DNA from: a virus
Virus record (IMG/VR): IMGVR_UViG_3300024239_000013
Coordinates: 33,142-97,141 of that record
Length of the DNA stretch: 64,000 nucleotides
Direction: 5' to 3' (one strand)
A model generated the notes under the pieces. The model did not search any database. It was given only the letters and a program-made list of their open reading frames with translations, and was not told the origin of the DNA. The position numbers and the translations under genes were made by a program. Of this stretch, positions 9,843 to 19,379 are shown piece by piece; the stretch's first letter is position 1, and each line of letters starts with the position of its first letter.

Positions 9843-10727
9843 ATGAAAAGAATAATAAATTATAAAACATTCGTAAATGAAAGTTCAGGTGCAAGTACAC
9901 TGACAACTGAACAAATAGATTTCCTTAACAGGTATGTTAGGGGGAAATGGAAGTTGAATAATGATGGGGTTGTTGATGTAGATGGGGATTTTAATTGTTT
10001 TAATAAAGGGTTATCAGACTTTAAAGAAATAAAATTTGGAAAAGTTACAGGATATTTTGATTGCTCTAAGAACAACTTAACCTCATTAGAGGGTTCACCA
10101 AAAAAAGTTGGTGTAGATTTTTATTGTAGTCATAACAAATTAACCTCATTAGAAGGAGCGCCTATAGAAGTTTATAGAAGTTTCGATTGCAAGGGTAACA
10201 AATTAACCTCGTTAGAATTCGGTCCAAAAAAGGTGGAGGGAAATTTTATTTGTTCAATTAACAAATTAACCTCGTTAGAATTCGGTCCAAAAGGAGTTCC
10301 TGGAACTTTCAATTGTTCATTTAACAAATTAACCTCGTTAGAATTCGGTCCAAAAGAAGTCGGAAGTAGTTTTAATTGCTCATTTAACAACTTAACCTCA
10401 TTAGAATTCTCTCCAGAGAAAGTTGATGTTGATTTTTATTGCTCGAATAATAAATTAACATCATTAGAAGGTGTCCCAAAAGAAATTGGTGGATATTTCT
10501 GGTGTTCTTATAATGTTGGACTATCGACAGATATAATAAATCTTATATTCAGAAAAATGATAAAGTATAGATCTGATTATAAAACAGTTTTAAAATCTTT
10601 ATGGAAAGAAATCTCAATAGAAGACAAGATACTTTTATATTCATCAGATCTAGATTGGATTGAAGAAGATGAAGCGGCTAAATTAGCTAAGTTAAAGAAG
10701 TATAGCAACATAAAGAAAATGATCTAG
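9843..10727 (+). CDS. targeting-sequence/LRR-like tandem family member 6
   Basis: Paralog architecture; 5' region nearly identical to member 5 at the nucleotide level. Confidence 0.8.
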   Translation: MKRIINYKTFVNESSGASTLTTEQIDFLNRYVRGKWKLNNDGVVDVDGDFNCFNKGLSDFKEIKFGKVTGYFDCSKNNLTSLEGSPKKVGVDFYCSHNKLTSLEGAPIEVYRSFDCKGNKLTSLEFGPKKVEGNFICSINKLTSLEFGPKGVPGTFNCSFNKLTSLEFGPKEVGSSFNCSFNNLTSLEFSPEKVDVDFYCSNNKLTSLEGVPKEIGGYFWCSYNVGLSTDIINLIFRKMIKYRSDYKTVLKSLWKEISIEDKILLYSSDLDWIEEDEAAKLAKLKKYSNIKKMI

Positions 10728-10741
10728 TATAAATCAGCATA

Positions 10742-11689
10742 ATGAAAAGAATAATAAATTATAAAACATTCATAAACGAAAGCTCGAGTGAAAATAACTT
10801 GACACCTGAACAGATATATTTCCTGAACAAGCAGATTAAGGGGAAATGGAAGTTGAATGCTGATGGGGTTGTTGATGTTGTTGGAAATATCCATTGTTCA
10901 CATAGAGAAATATCGGACTTCAAGGGAATAAAATTCGGAAAAGTTACTGGGTATTTTGATTGCTCAAATAACAACTTAACATCATTAGAGGGTTGTCCAA
11001 AAGAGGTTGGTGGACATTTTTATTGTTCATATAACAGCTTAACATCATTAGAGGGTTGTCCAAAAGAGGTTGGGGGACATTTTTATTGTCAACGTAACAA
11101 CTTAACCTCATTAGAAGGTGGTCCAGAAAGAGTGAATGGAGATTTCATTTGTTATGGTAACAAATTAGCTTCATTAGAATTTGGACCCAAGGAGGTTAGA
11201 GGTACTTTCGATTGCTCAAATAACAAATTAACATCCTTAGAAGGATGCTCTAAAGAGGTGAATGGAGATTTCGATTGCACATATAACAAATTAACATCAT
11301 TAGAATTCTCTCCAGTTAAAGTTGGTGGTACTTTCGATTGTTCAGATAATAACTTAACCTCATTAGAATTTGGACCTGAAGATGTTGGGGGAGGCTTTAA
11401 TTGTTCCCGTAATAAATTAACCTCATTAGAAGGAGCTCCTAAAGAAGTTGGAGGTACTTTACGATGTTTTTATAATGAGGGTTTATCAAACGAAACAATA
11501 GGTCTTATATTTGAAAAAATGATAAAATCCAGATTGGATTATAAAACAGTTTTAAAATCTTTATGGGGAGAAATACCAATAAAAGATAAAATAGTTCTAT
11601 ATACCCCTGATCTGGATTGGGTTGAAGGAGATGAAGCGGCTAAATTATCTAATCTAAAGAAGTATAGCAACATAAAGAAAATGATCTAA
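10742..11689 (+). CDS. targeting-sequence/LRR-like tandem family member 7
   Basis: Paralog architecture. Confidence 0.8.
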   Translation: MKRIINYKTFINESSSENNLTPEQIYFLNKQIKGKWKLNADGVVDVVGNIHCSHREISDFKGIKFGKVTGYFDCSNNNLTSLEGCPKEVGGHFYCSYNSLTSLEGCPKEVGGHFYCQRNNLTSLEGGPERVNGDFICYGNKLASLEFGPKEVRGTFDCSNNKLTSLEGCSKEVNGDFDCTYNKLTSLEFSPVKVGGTFDCSDNNLTSLEFGPEDVGGGFNCSRNKLTSLEGAPKEVGGTLRCFYNEGLSNETIGLIFEKMIKSRLDYKTVLKSLWGEIPIKDKIVLYTPDLDWVEGDEAAKLSNLKKYSNIKKMI

Positions 11690-11705
11690 TATAATATAAA
11701 AAAAC

Positions 11706-12653
11706 ATGATGAAAAGAATAGTAAATTATAAAACATTCATAAACGAAAGCTCTGGTGAAAATAACCTGACCCCAGAACAAATTGATTTCCTTAACAACTA
11801 TGTTAAGGGGAAATGGAAGTTTAATGTTGGAGTTGTTGATATTGATGGCGATTTTAGTTGTTTCGATAGAGGAATATCTGACTTTAAAGGAATAGTGTTT
11901 GGAAGGGTTACCGGTCATTTTGACTGTTCGGATAACAACTTAACATCATTAGAAGGTTGTCCAAAAGAGGTTGGTGGAAATTTTTATTGTCATTATAACA
12001 ACTTAACCTCATTAGAAGGTTGTCCAAAAGAGGTTGGCGGACATTTTTATTGTCATTATAACAACTTAACATCATTAGAAGGTTGTCCAAAAAAAGTGAA
12101 TGGAGATTTCGATTGCACAGATAACAACTTAACCTCATTAGAATTCGGTCCAAAAGAGATTAATGGACATTTTTATTGTTATGATAACAGCTTAACCTCA
12201 TTAGAATTTGGTCCCGAAAGAGTGAATGGAGATTTTGATTGTTCGAATAACAACTTAACCTCATTAGAATTTGGACCCAAAGAGGTTGGTGGTACTTTCG
12301 ATTGCTCACGTAATAACTTAAGCTCGTTAGAAGGTGTTCCTGAAAAGCTGAACGGAGTTTTTTATTTCTCATGTAACAAATTAACCTCATTAGAAGGTGC
12401 TCCTAAAAAACTAGGATCACAATTTTTTTGTGAGAATAATGAAGGGATATCAACCAAAACGATAAATCTTATATTTGACAAAATGGAAACCTCCAAATCT
12501 GATTATAAAACAGTTTTAAAATCTTTATGGAAAGAAATACCAATAGAAGATAAAATACTTTTATACACCCCAGATCTTGATTGGGTTGAAGAAGATGAAG
12601 GGTCTAAATTAGCTAAGTTAAAGAAGTATAGCAACATAAAGAAAATGATCTAA
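11706..12653 (+). CDS. targeting-sequence/LRR-like tandem family member 8
   Basis: Paralog architecture. Confidence 0.8.
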   Translation: MMKRIVNYKTFINESSGENNLTPEQIDFLNNYVKGKWKFNVGVVDIDGDFSCFDRGISDFKGIVFGRVTGHFDCSDNNLTSLEGCPKEVGGNFYCHYNNLTSLEGCPKEVGGHFYCHYNNLTSLEGCPKKVNGDFDCTDNNLTSLEFGPKEINGHFYCYDNSLTSLEFGPERVNGDFDCSNNNLTSLEFGPKEVGGTFDCSRNNLSSLEGVPEKLNGVFYFSCNKLTSLEGAPKKLGSQFFCENNEGISTKTINLIFDKMETSKSDYKTVLKSLWKEIPIEDKILLYTPDLDWVEEDEGSKLAKLKKYSNIKKMI

Positions 12654-12671
12654 TATAATATAAAGAGCACA

Positions 12672-13367
12672 ATGAAAAGAATAGTAAATTATAAAACTTT
12701 CATAAATGAAAGTGCAGGTGCAAGTACACTGACTTCAGAACAGATAGATTTCCTTAACAACTATGTTAAGGGGAAATGGAAGCTGAATGGTGAAGGATTT
12801 ATTGATATAGATGGTGATTTTAGTTGTTTCGATAAAGGGTTATCAGACTTTAGATGGATAAAATTTGGAAAAGTTACAGGGTATTTTTATTGTTCATATA
12901 ATGGATTGACATCATTAGAGGGAGCACCAAAAAAAGTTGGTTTGAGTTTTTATTGTCATAATAACAAATTAACATCATTGGATGGCTCTCCTAAAGAGAT
13001 TGGTGGAAATTTCGATTGCTCTGACAACAAATTAACCTCATTAGAATTCTCACCCGAAAGTGTAAAGGGGAGCTTTGATTGCTCATATAACAACTTAACA
13101 TCATTAGAATTTGGTCCTAAAGAAGTTGGCGGAGATTTACGATTTTCTCATAATGAGGGATTGTCAACCAAAACGATAGGTCTTATATTTGACAAAATGG
13201 AAAAGTCCAAATTGGACTATAAAACAGTTTTAAAATCTTTATGGAAAGAAATACCAATAGAAGATAAAATACTTTTATACAATGCGGATCTAGATTGGAT
13301 TGAAGGAGATGAAGCGGCTAAATTAGCTAAGTTGAATAAATATAGCAACATAAAGAAAATGATCTAA
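12672..13367 (+). CDS. targeting-sequence/LRR-like tandem family member 9 (short, fewer repeats)
   Basis: Paralog architecture. Confidence 0.8.
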   Translation: MKRIVNYKTFINESAGASTLTSEQIDFLNNYVKGKWKLNGEGFIDIDGDFSCFDKGLSDFRWIKFGKVTGYFYCSYNGLTSLEGAPKKVGLSFYCHNNKLTSLDGSPKEIGGNFDCSDNKLTSLEFSPESVKGSFDCSYNNLTSLEFGPKEVGGDLRFSHNEGLSTKTIGLIFDKMEKSKLDYKTVLKSLWKEIPIEDKILLYNADLDWIEGDEAAKLAKLNKYSNIKKMI

Positions 13368-13386
13368 TATAATATAAAGAAACATA

Positions 13387-14271
13387 ATGAAAAGAATAGT
13401 AAATTATAAAGCATTCATAAACGAAATCTCGAGTGAAAATAACTTGACACCAGAACAGATAGATTTCCTTAACAGGTATGTTGAGGGGAAATGGAAGTTG
13501 AATGCTGATGGAGCTGTTGATGTAGATGGCGATTTTAGTTGTTTCGATAAAGGGTTATCAGACTTTAAAGGAATAGTGTTTGAGAAGATTAGTGGAGATT
13601 TTGACTGTTCGGCTAACAGCTTAATATCATTAGAAGGTTGTCCAAAAGAGGTTAATGGATATTTTTATTGTCATTATAACAAACTAACCTCATTAGAATT
13701 TGGTCCTGAAAGTGTAGATGGAGATTTCGATTGTTCGAATAACAATTTAACTTCATTAGAATTTGGACCCAAAGAGGTTGGTGGAAATTTTGACTGTTCA
13801 TACAACAAATTAACCTCATTAGAAGTCTGTCCAAAAAAAGTTGGGGGAACTTTCAATTGTTCATTTAATAAATTAACATCATTAGAATTCAGTCCAAAAG
13901 AGGTTGGTGGTAGTTTCAATTGCTCATTTAACAACTTAACATCGTTGCAATTCTCTCCAGAGAAAGTTGATGCTTATTTTCATTGTTCAAATAACAACTT
14001 AACCTCATTAGAAGGGGTATCAAAAGAAGTTGGAGGGAATTTAAGATGTTTTTATAATGAAGGGCTATCAACCGAAACAATAAATCTTATATTTGACAAA
14101 ATGATAAAGTCCAAATTGGACTATTCTGATGCTTTAAAATCTTTATGGAAAGAAATACCAGTAGAAGACAAAGTACTTTTATACACACCCGATCTAGATT
14201 GGGTTGAAGAAGACGAAGCGTCTAAATTAGCTAAGCTAAAGAAGTATAGCAGCATAAAGAAAATGATCTAG
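13387..14271 (+). CDS. targeting-sequence/LRR-like tandem family member 10
   Basis: Paralog architecture. Confidence 0.8.
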   Translation: MKRIVNYKAFINEISSENNLTPEQIDFLNRYVEGKWKLNADGAVDVDGDFSCFDKGLSDFKGIVFEKISGDFDCSANSLISLEGCPKEVNGYFYCHYNKLTSLEFGPESVDGDFDCSNNNLTSLEFGPKEVGGNFDCSYNKLTSLEVCPKKVGGTFNCSFNKLTSLEFSPKEVGGSFNCSFNNLTSLQFSPEKVDAYFHCSNNNLTSLEGVSKEVGGNLRCFYNEGLSTETINLIFDKMIKSKLDYSDALKSLWKEIPVEDKVLLYTPDLDWVEEDEASKLAKLKKYSSIKKMI

Positions 14272-14285
14272 TATAAAGAAGAATA

Positions 14286-15233
14286 ATGAAAAGAATAGTA
14301 AATTATAAAACTTTTATAAACGAAAGTTCAGGTGCAAGTACACTGACAACTGAACAGATAGATTTCCTTAACAGGTATGTTAAGGGGAAATGGAAGTTGA
14401 ATGATAATGGAGTTGTTGATGTTGATGGTGATTTTAGTTGTTCCGATAAAGAAATATCAGACTTTAAAGGAATAATATTTGGAAAAGTTACCGGTCATTT
14501 CTATTGCTCAAGTAACAACTTAAGATCATTAGAAGGTTGTCCCAAAGAGGTTGGAGGGGGTTTCAATTGCTCACGTAATGAATTAACATCATTGGAAGGT
14601 TGTCCAGAAAGGGTGAATGGAGATTTCATTTGTTATGGTAACAACTTAACCTCATTAGAAGGTTGTACAGAAAGAGTGAATGGAGATTTCATTTGTTCGG
14701 CTAACAACTTAACCTCATTAGAAGGCTGCCCTAAGGAAGTTGAGGGATTTTTCAATTGTTCATTTAATAAATTAGCTTCTTTAGAAGGATGTCCTGGAGA
14801 AATTGGAAGTAGTTTTTATTGTTCGTATAACAAATTAACCTCATTAGAATTTGGCCCAGAAATGGTGAATGGAGATTTCGTTTGTTCAGATAACAAATTA
14901 ACCTCGTTAGAATTCAGTCCAAAAGAAGTTGGTGGTAATTTTATTTGTTCAGATAACAACTTAACATCATTAGAGGGAATATCAAAAAAAGTTGGGGGAT
15001 CTTTATGGTGTTCTTCTAATGAAGGACTATCAACCGAAACGATAGATCTTATATTTGATAAAATCATAAAGTTCAAATTGGACTATTTGGATGCTTTAAA
15101 TTTTTTATGGGAGGATATCCCAATAGAAGATAAAGTACTTTTATACACACCCGATTTAGATTGGATTGAAGGAGAGGAAGCGGTTAAATTATCTAATCTA
15201 AAGAAGTATAGTAAAATAAAGAAAATGATATAA
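14286..15233 (+). CDS. targeting-sequence/LRR-like tandem family member 11
   Basis: Paralog architecture. Confidence 0.8.
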   Translation: MKRIVNYKTFINESSGASTLTTEQIDFLNRYVKGKWKLNDNGVVDVDGDFSCSDKEISDFKGIIFGKVTGHFYCSSNNLRSLEGCPKEVGGGFNCSRNELTSLEGCPERVNGDFICYGNNLTSLEGCTERVNGDFICSANNLTSLEGCPKEVEGFFNCSFNKLASLEGCPGEIGSSFYCSYNKLTSLEFGPEMVNGDFVCSDNKLTSLEFSPKEVGGNFICSDNNLTSLEGISKKVGGSLWCSSNEGLSTETIDLIFDKIIKFKLDYLDALNFLWEDIPIEDKVLLYTPDLDWIEGEEAVKLSNLKKYSKIKKMI

Positions 15234-15277
15234 TACGGGGATTATAGAATACATAATAGAAAAAAATAATAAACGAT

Positions 15278-15736
15278 ATGAGATATATTCAACTTTACGA
15301 GAACTTCTCGGTATTAAATGAGACTACCATTGATAGATTTAGTCCTGATGTTATTAGAGGTCAAGATGCAATCGATTCTCAATTTTTTAATAAATTGATG
15401 CCAAAAACAGCAAAAACAACATCAGAAGCTCAGAACAGGATATTATCATTTTCTGGCGGTACTATGTTTGTACATTATCAATACTTCATTGTTACACCAA
15501 AGGGAAATACCCCCGATAGACCTATTTATAGAATACATAATAGCCAATATTGGTTAAATGACTACCAATTAATTAGGCAGGGTAAAAATGGACAGGATGT
15601 AAACGTAACCGAGATTTACATAACCGACATTACAGATCCCAAAAACGAGATTAGACTCGGATCGGTTTATGTTGATACTAGAATTTATTTAGATGAACAA
15701 AAAATTGTTTTTGATGTACTCAAGAGTCATTCATAA
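15278..15736 (+). CDS. hypothetical protein with targeting-like N-terminus (MRYIQLYENFSVLNE)
   Basis: 152-aa ORF; L-Y-E-N-F motif. Confidence 0.55.
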   Translation: MRYIQLYENFSVLNETTIDRFSPDVIRGQDAIDSQFFNKLMPKTAKTTSEAQNRILSFSGGTMFVHYQYFIVTPKGNTPDRPIYRIHNSQYWLNDYQLIRQGKNGQDVNVTEIYITDITDPKNEIRLGSVYVDTRIYLDEQKIVFDVLKSHS

Positions 15737-15750
15737 AAAGATAATAAAAA

Positions 15751-16335
15751 TTGAATGAATTAAATTTAAGTATTCAGACAATATTTAAAGAAGATCTTAA
15801 GTGTTTATATTTTAATGATATATATAAAATGAATAAAATATTAACATTAAGCGCATTGATAGCTCCGGTTATTTATGAAGCTCAGATCACAGTGATGAAC
15901 CAGAGTTCCATAGAATCGGGACTAAAGATAGTAAAAGGATTAATCAAAAGAGGGTTTACTCCTAAAGCTGCAGCTGCAATAGCAGGAAATATGTGGCAGG
16001 AATCTAGGTTTAATCCAAAGATTAGCCACAAAAACTCTCAGCACGTTGGTATAGTACAATGGGGTGGTAAGAGAAAGCAAAACCTAATGAAAAGATCTGG
16101 ATGGAGCAGATTAGAAACACAATTAGATTTTGTTAAACATGAATTTGATACAAACGATCAGTTTAAAAAGCTACTAAAGAACATCGAAAAGGTGTCATTG
16201 AAAAAAGCAACCGAAGCAGTTGCAAGAACCTATGAGGGATGCAGAGATCCTCATCACCCAAATAGGAATTCGGCTGCACAAAAACTGTTTGAAGCATATA
16301 AAAAAGAAAAACAGACAGTAGATATAATAGAATAA
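15751..16335 (+). CDS. putative peptidoglycan hydrolase (phage tail lysozyme-like motif A-I-A-G-N-M-W-Q-E-S-R-F-N-P ... G-I-V-Q-W)
   Basis: Motif resembles the G-N-x-x-x-E-S-x-F-N-P / Q-W signature of phage tail-lysozyme-type muramidases; this family assignment is from memory. Confidence 0.45.
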   Translation: MNELNLSIQTIFKEDLKCLYFNDIYKMNKILTLSALIAPVIYEAQITVMNQSSIESGLKIVKGLIKRGFTPKAAAAIAGNMWQESRFNPKISHKNSQHVGIVQWGGKRKQNLMKRSGWSRLETQLDFVKHEFDTNDQFKKLLKNIEKVSLKKATEAVARTYEGCRDPHHPNRNSAAQKLFEAYKKEKQTVDIIE

Positions 16336-16354
16336 AAATTAAAAATATAAGGAT

Positions 16355-16630
16355 ATGAAAAACATAAAACTATATGAAAATTTCATTAACGAAAAAATTT
16401 CATCCGAAGCTGTTTATATTCACAATATAACCGGTGCTGGACAACAATCTATTCAAAACTTTATTGACGACAATAATATAGACGCTGATAAATTAGCGGA
16501 ATATGTGAAAGTAAATAAGGATCATAAAGAAAAGTATGATGTAAGAGATATGATTTCAGGAACTGGACTAGGATCAGATAAAAATAGAAGAGAAAATTTT
16601 ATTAAAAAATTCAAGAGAGGTAAAAAATAG
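16355..16630 (+). CDS. small protein with targeting-like N-terminus (MKNIKLYENFINEK)
   Basis: 91 aa; Y-E-N-F-I-N-E motif. Confidence 0.55.
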   Translation: MKNIKLYENFINEKISSEAVYIHNITGAGQQSIQNFIDDNNIDADKLAEYVKVNKDHKEKYDVRDMISGTGLGSDKNRRENFIKKFKRGKK

Positions 16631-16658
16631 AACTATTTAATTCGAAACACATTAAAAA

Positions 16659-16690
16659 ATCATATCTATAATTTAGATATGATTTTTTTT
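16659..16690 (+). terminator. rho-independent terminator-like hairpin (ATCATATCTA ... TAGATATGAT followed by T8)
   Basis: 9-10 bp stem plus T-run immediately after the 16630 stop. Confidence 0.5.
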
Positions 16691-16698
16691 AGGATATT

Positions 16699-17661
16699 AT
16701 GACAGAAGAAAAACTTTTTAGATGGACTAATTATTCAGTAAAGTCACTAGAAAATTTAATTGAAGGGATGGAAAAACATCATCCGGAAGATTATAAAAAG
16801 ATAAAGGAAATAAGTGATCGTTTACTATTGTATTATAGGGGAGATAATATATTAACAGAAAAACAAAAAAATACTCTAGATTCTTTATCTAAAGATTGGT
16901 ACATATCACCAGAAAACGGAGGGGTTAATATTGGATATATGTATGCTTCGGATTGGGGATTATCCATTAAAAATTATTGGGAAGAGGATACGGAATCTGC
17001 GAGAAAAAAAAGACTAAAGCTTTTTGAGGATCTTAAAAAAATAAAATTTAATGAGGTTTATTCTCTTTCTTTGAGATCGTGTGGATTAGAAGAATTTTGG
17101 CCAAATATGCCAAAAAGAACTTCTAGATTTGATTGTTCCTATAATAAGATAGAAAGTCTAGTTGGAGGTCCAGAATATGCTAGTGAATACGATTTCTGTG
17201 GGAATAATATTAAAAGCTTTGATGGGTTACCTGACAATGTTAAAGAATTAGATTGCAGTCATAACCCAATAGAGGATTTTTCAACCCTAAAAGTTAAAGA
17301 ATTATTAAGGTTTAGATGTCGGGATACACATATAAAAAATCTAATAGGTTGTCCTAAAGTTACAACCTTTTTAGACGTATCAGGATGTAAGTTAACCTCA
17401 GTTGAAGGAGCCCCGTTAAATTTAACCTTAAGAGAGGTTAATTTTGGGGAAAATGTGGTTAGTGAAAAAACATTAAAACTTGCTTTCAATGCAATGAAAA
17501 AAGCTAAAGGAGATTATGGTAAAGGATTGGATAAAATATGGAAAAAAATACCTATAGAAGACCAAATACAAATGTATAAGGACAATCCAAATCTTACTAA
17601 TGATGAGGTAAAAAAATATTACAATTTAAAAAAATATTTTGATATAAAAACTTTTATATAA
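16699..17661 (+). CDS. divergent member of the LRR-like family; lacks the targeting-like start but keeps F-D-C-S-x-N repeats and the conserved C-terminal domain
   Basis: FDCSYNKIESLVGGP and LDCSHNPIEDF repeats; C-terminal GDYGKGLDKIWKKIPIEDQIQMY...NLKKYFDIKTFI parallels the family C-terminus. Confidence 0.6.
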   Translation: MTEEKLFRWTNYSVKSLENLIEGMEKHHPEDYKKIKEISDRLLLYYRGDNILTEKQKNTLDSLSKDWYISPENGGVNIGYMYASDWGLSIKNYWEEDTESARKKRLKLFEDLKKIKFNEVYSLSLRSCGLEEFWPNMPKRTSRFDCSYNKIESLVGGPEYASEYDFCGNNIKSFDGLPDNVKELDCSHNPIEDFSTLKVKELLRFRCRDTHIKNLIGCPKVTTFLDVSGCKLTSVEGAPLNLTLREVNFGENVVSEKTLKLAFNAMKKAKGDYGKGLDKIWKKIPIEDQIQMYKDNPNLTNDEVKKYYNLKKYFDIKTFI

Positions 17662-17699
17662 GGATTGGATATATATGTTTTAAATATAAATAAAAACGT

Positions 17700-18056
17700 A
17701 TGAAAAACCTAAAAGTTTATGAAAACTTCCTAATCAAATCTCCCGGATTAGATATCGATACAAATAAAAAAGAAATTAATCCAGGTTTTAATGACTATAC
17801 AAAAAAACCAAATGTGACCCCTGAACAAGAAGCCATCAGAAATAAACTAGAATCTGATGTAAAGAGAATGTACCCAAAAATAGTTATAAAACATTCACCA
17901 GACGGACAATCAGGTGCATCTGTAGATAATATAGTTATTTACGCTACTGATCATTACGACTCATTTAACGCATTCTTATTTGGTTTGGTGATGGGTAAGA
18001 TTCATGGAAGCGAAATGCCAGCTAAAATGGCATCTAGAATAGGCGAAGATTTATAA
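17700..18056 (+). CDS. small protein with targeting-like N-terminus (MKNLKVYENFLIKS)
   Basis: 118 aa. Confidence 0.55.
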   Translation: MKNLKVYENFLIKSPGLDIDTNKKEINPGFNDYTKKPNVTPEQEAIRNKLESDVKRMYPKIVIKHSPDGQSGASVDNIVIYATDHYDSFNAFLFGLVMGKIHGSEMPAKMASRIGEDL

Positions 18057-18124
18057 CAAATATTTTATCCGGCGGGCTCAGTGCCCCATTTTAGGACCGG
18101 AATAGTTACGACTATTTAAAAAAG

Positions 18125-18155
18125 GGTGGAATTTCGTTACTTCCACCTTTTATTT
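18125..18155 (+). terminator. rho-independent terminator-like hairpin (GGTGGAA-loop-TTCCACC followed by TTTTATTT)
   Basis: Read in the sequence. Confidence 0.5.
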
Positions 18156-18186
18156 GATATATAATGAATAAATTAATTTTTCTAAT

Positions 18187-18990
18187 ATGAAAAAAATAGC
18201 ATCATTTAATGAGTTTGTAAATGAGGATAACGGGCTTCTAGGACACATAGCTCCATTATTGGGTAGCATTGAAATAGATGGTAAAAAAAAAGCAGAGGAA
18301 ATTAGAAGCCAGGATACAGGTTCTGAGATTGATCAAGGTGATCTTTTACCGTCCGATTTTAATCCATTTCCAGGTAATGATGATTTCACTCTTTATATGC
18401 AACATCAGCAAGGAGTAGCTGGAGCAAAGGGATTAATAGAAGCATCTTTAGGAACTGGTAAATTAGCATCAGATACGATCAAAACCAAGAATGGTAAAAA
18501 ATATGCAAATTTAATTTCAAATGTTCCTAGCGACAAACCTCAAATTAAAAATTCCATAATAAAAGCATTAGACTCGGGTGATCAAAAAACTGCATCGGTT
18601 TTATTCCTAAATATGTGGAAGGAAAAATGGAACCGAGCATATAAAGATGCAAAGATCGAAATAGAAAAGCCACAAAACTCTACTGCTAAATCAGCTATAA
18701 AAAAATACAGTTCAGCATATGGGGTTCCTTTTGATTTTGCTATAACCGTAGCAAAATTGGAATCCGGATTTAAGCCTAATGTAGGAAACAATACCTATAA
18801 AGGATTATTTGCTCTAAGTCAAAATGGATTTAATAAATATGTTCCTGGAGGAAATATTTTTAACCCAGATGATAATGCTAAAGCAGGAATTCAAAGTCTA
18901 AGAGATAATATAAAAGAATTCAAAAAACAACTAGGTGATAAAACTCTAGCCTCTCTTAATATTGCTCAATGGGCAAAAAATATAGCTTAA
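18187..18990 (+). CDS. targeting-sequence-tagged lytic transglycosylase (SLT domain)
   Basis: N-terminal MKKIASFNEFVNEDNG; SLT-type motif AITVAKLESGFKPNV...YKGLFALSQ. Confidence 0.6.
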   Translation: MKKIASFNEFVNEDNGLLGHIAPLLGSIEIDGKKKAEEIRSQDTGSEIDQGDLLPSDFNPFPGNDDFTLYMQHQQGVAGAKGLIEASLGTGKLASDTIKTKNGKKYANLISNVPSDKPQIKNSIIKALDSGDQKTASVLFLNMWKEKWNRAYKDAKIEIEKPQNSTAKSAIKKYSSAYGVPFDFAITVAKLESGFKPNVGNNTYKGLFALSQNGFNKYVPGGNIFNPDDNAKAGIQSLRDNIKEFKKQLGDKTLASLNIAQWAKNIA

Positions 18991-19014
18991 TAAATTAAAT
19001 CAAATTAAATAAAT

Positions 19015-19305
19015 ATGTTACAAGGAAATAATAGTTATAGATTAGTCGCAGACAAGGATTACCGACCAGGTTCTTTAGATTCTAGTAATGGACCAACCTC
19101 TCTAGAAGGACCAATAACTCTAGTTTATGTTGCTCCAGGAGCTGCAGTATTAGATTTTTATGATGCTAAAAATAACAGAAGCATAATAGAGATTGGACCT
19201 AATAATACCGGAATTCTTTTACCGATAACAGTAATGGCAACTGGTAGTAATTTATCCGGTGAAATCTTTGGATTCTCGCAAGGAGGAATCTATGCAAATA
19301 GATAA
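19015..19305 (+). CDS. hypothetical protein
   Basis: 96-aa ORF followed by a terminator. Confidence 0.45.
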   Translation: MLQGNNSYRLVADKDYRPGSLDSSNGPTSLEGPITLVYVAPGAAVLDFYDAKNNRSIIEIGPNNTGILLPITVMATGSNLSGEIFGFSQGGIYANR

Positions 19306-19328
19306 AAATAAAATATAATAAGATAGCA

Positions 19329-19361
19329 AAAAAACTCTAGTGAAAACTAGAGTTTTTTTTT
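19329..19361 (+). terminator. rho-independent terminator-like hairpin (AACTCTAGT-GAAA-ACTAGAGTT followed by T9); A-run upstream makes it potentially bidirectional
   Basis: Read in the sequence. Confidence 0.55.
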
Positions 19362-19379
19362 ATTGATTGACAATATTTA

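Noticed and set aside
5541-15076. Antisense ORFs inside the tandem family genes (for example 5874..6071, 7146..7502, 9291..9500, 10172..10390, 13674..13934, 14816..15076)
   Set aside because: They are shadow frames produced by the 66-nt periodicity of the sense-strand repeats (MLxEQxKxPxTSFG...). Their boundaries track the repeats, not independent genes.
5488-15233. Possibility that the regular about 900-bp tandem array is a CRISPR-like or other non-coding repeat
   Set aside because: Units are full-length ORFs with conserved termini and variable middles. There are no short direct repeats with unique spacers.
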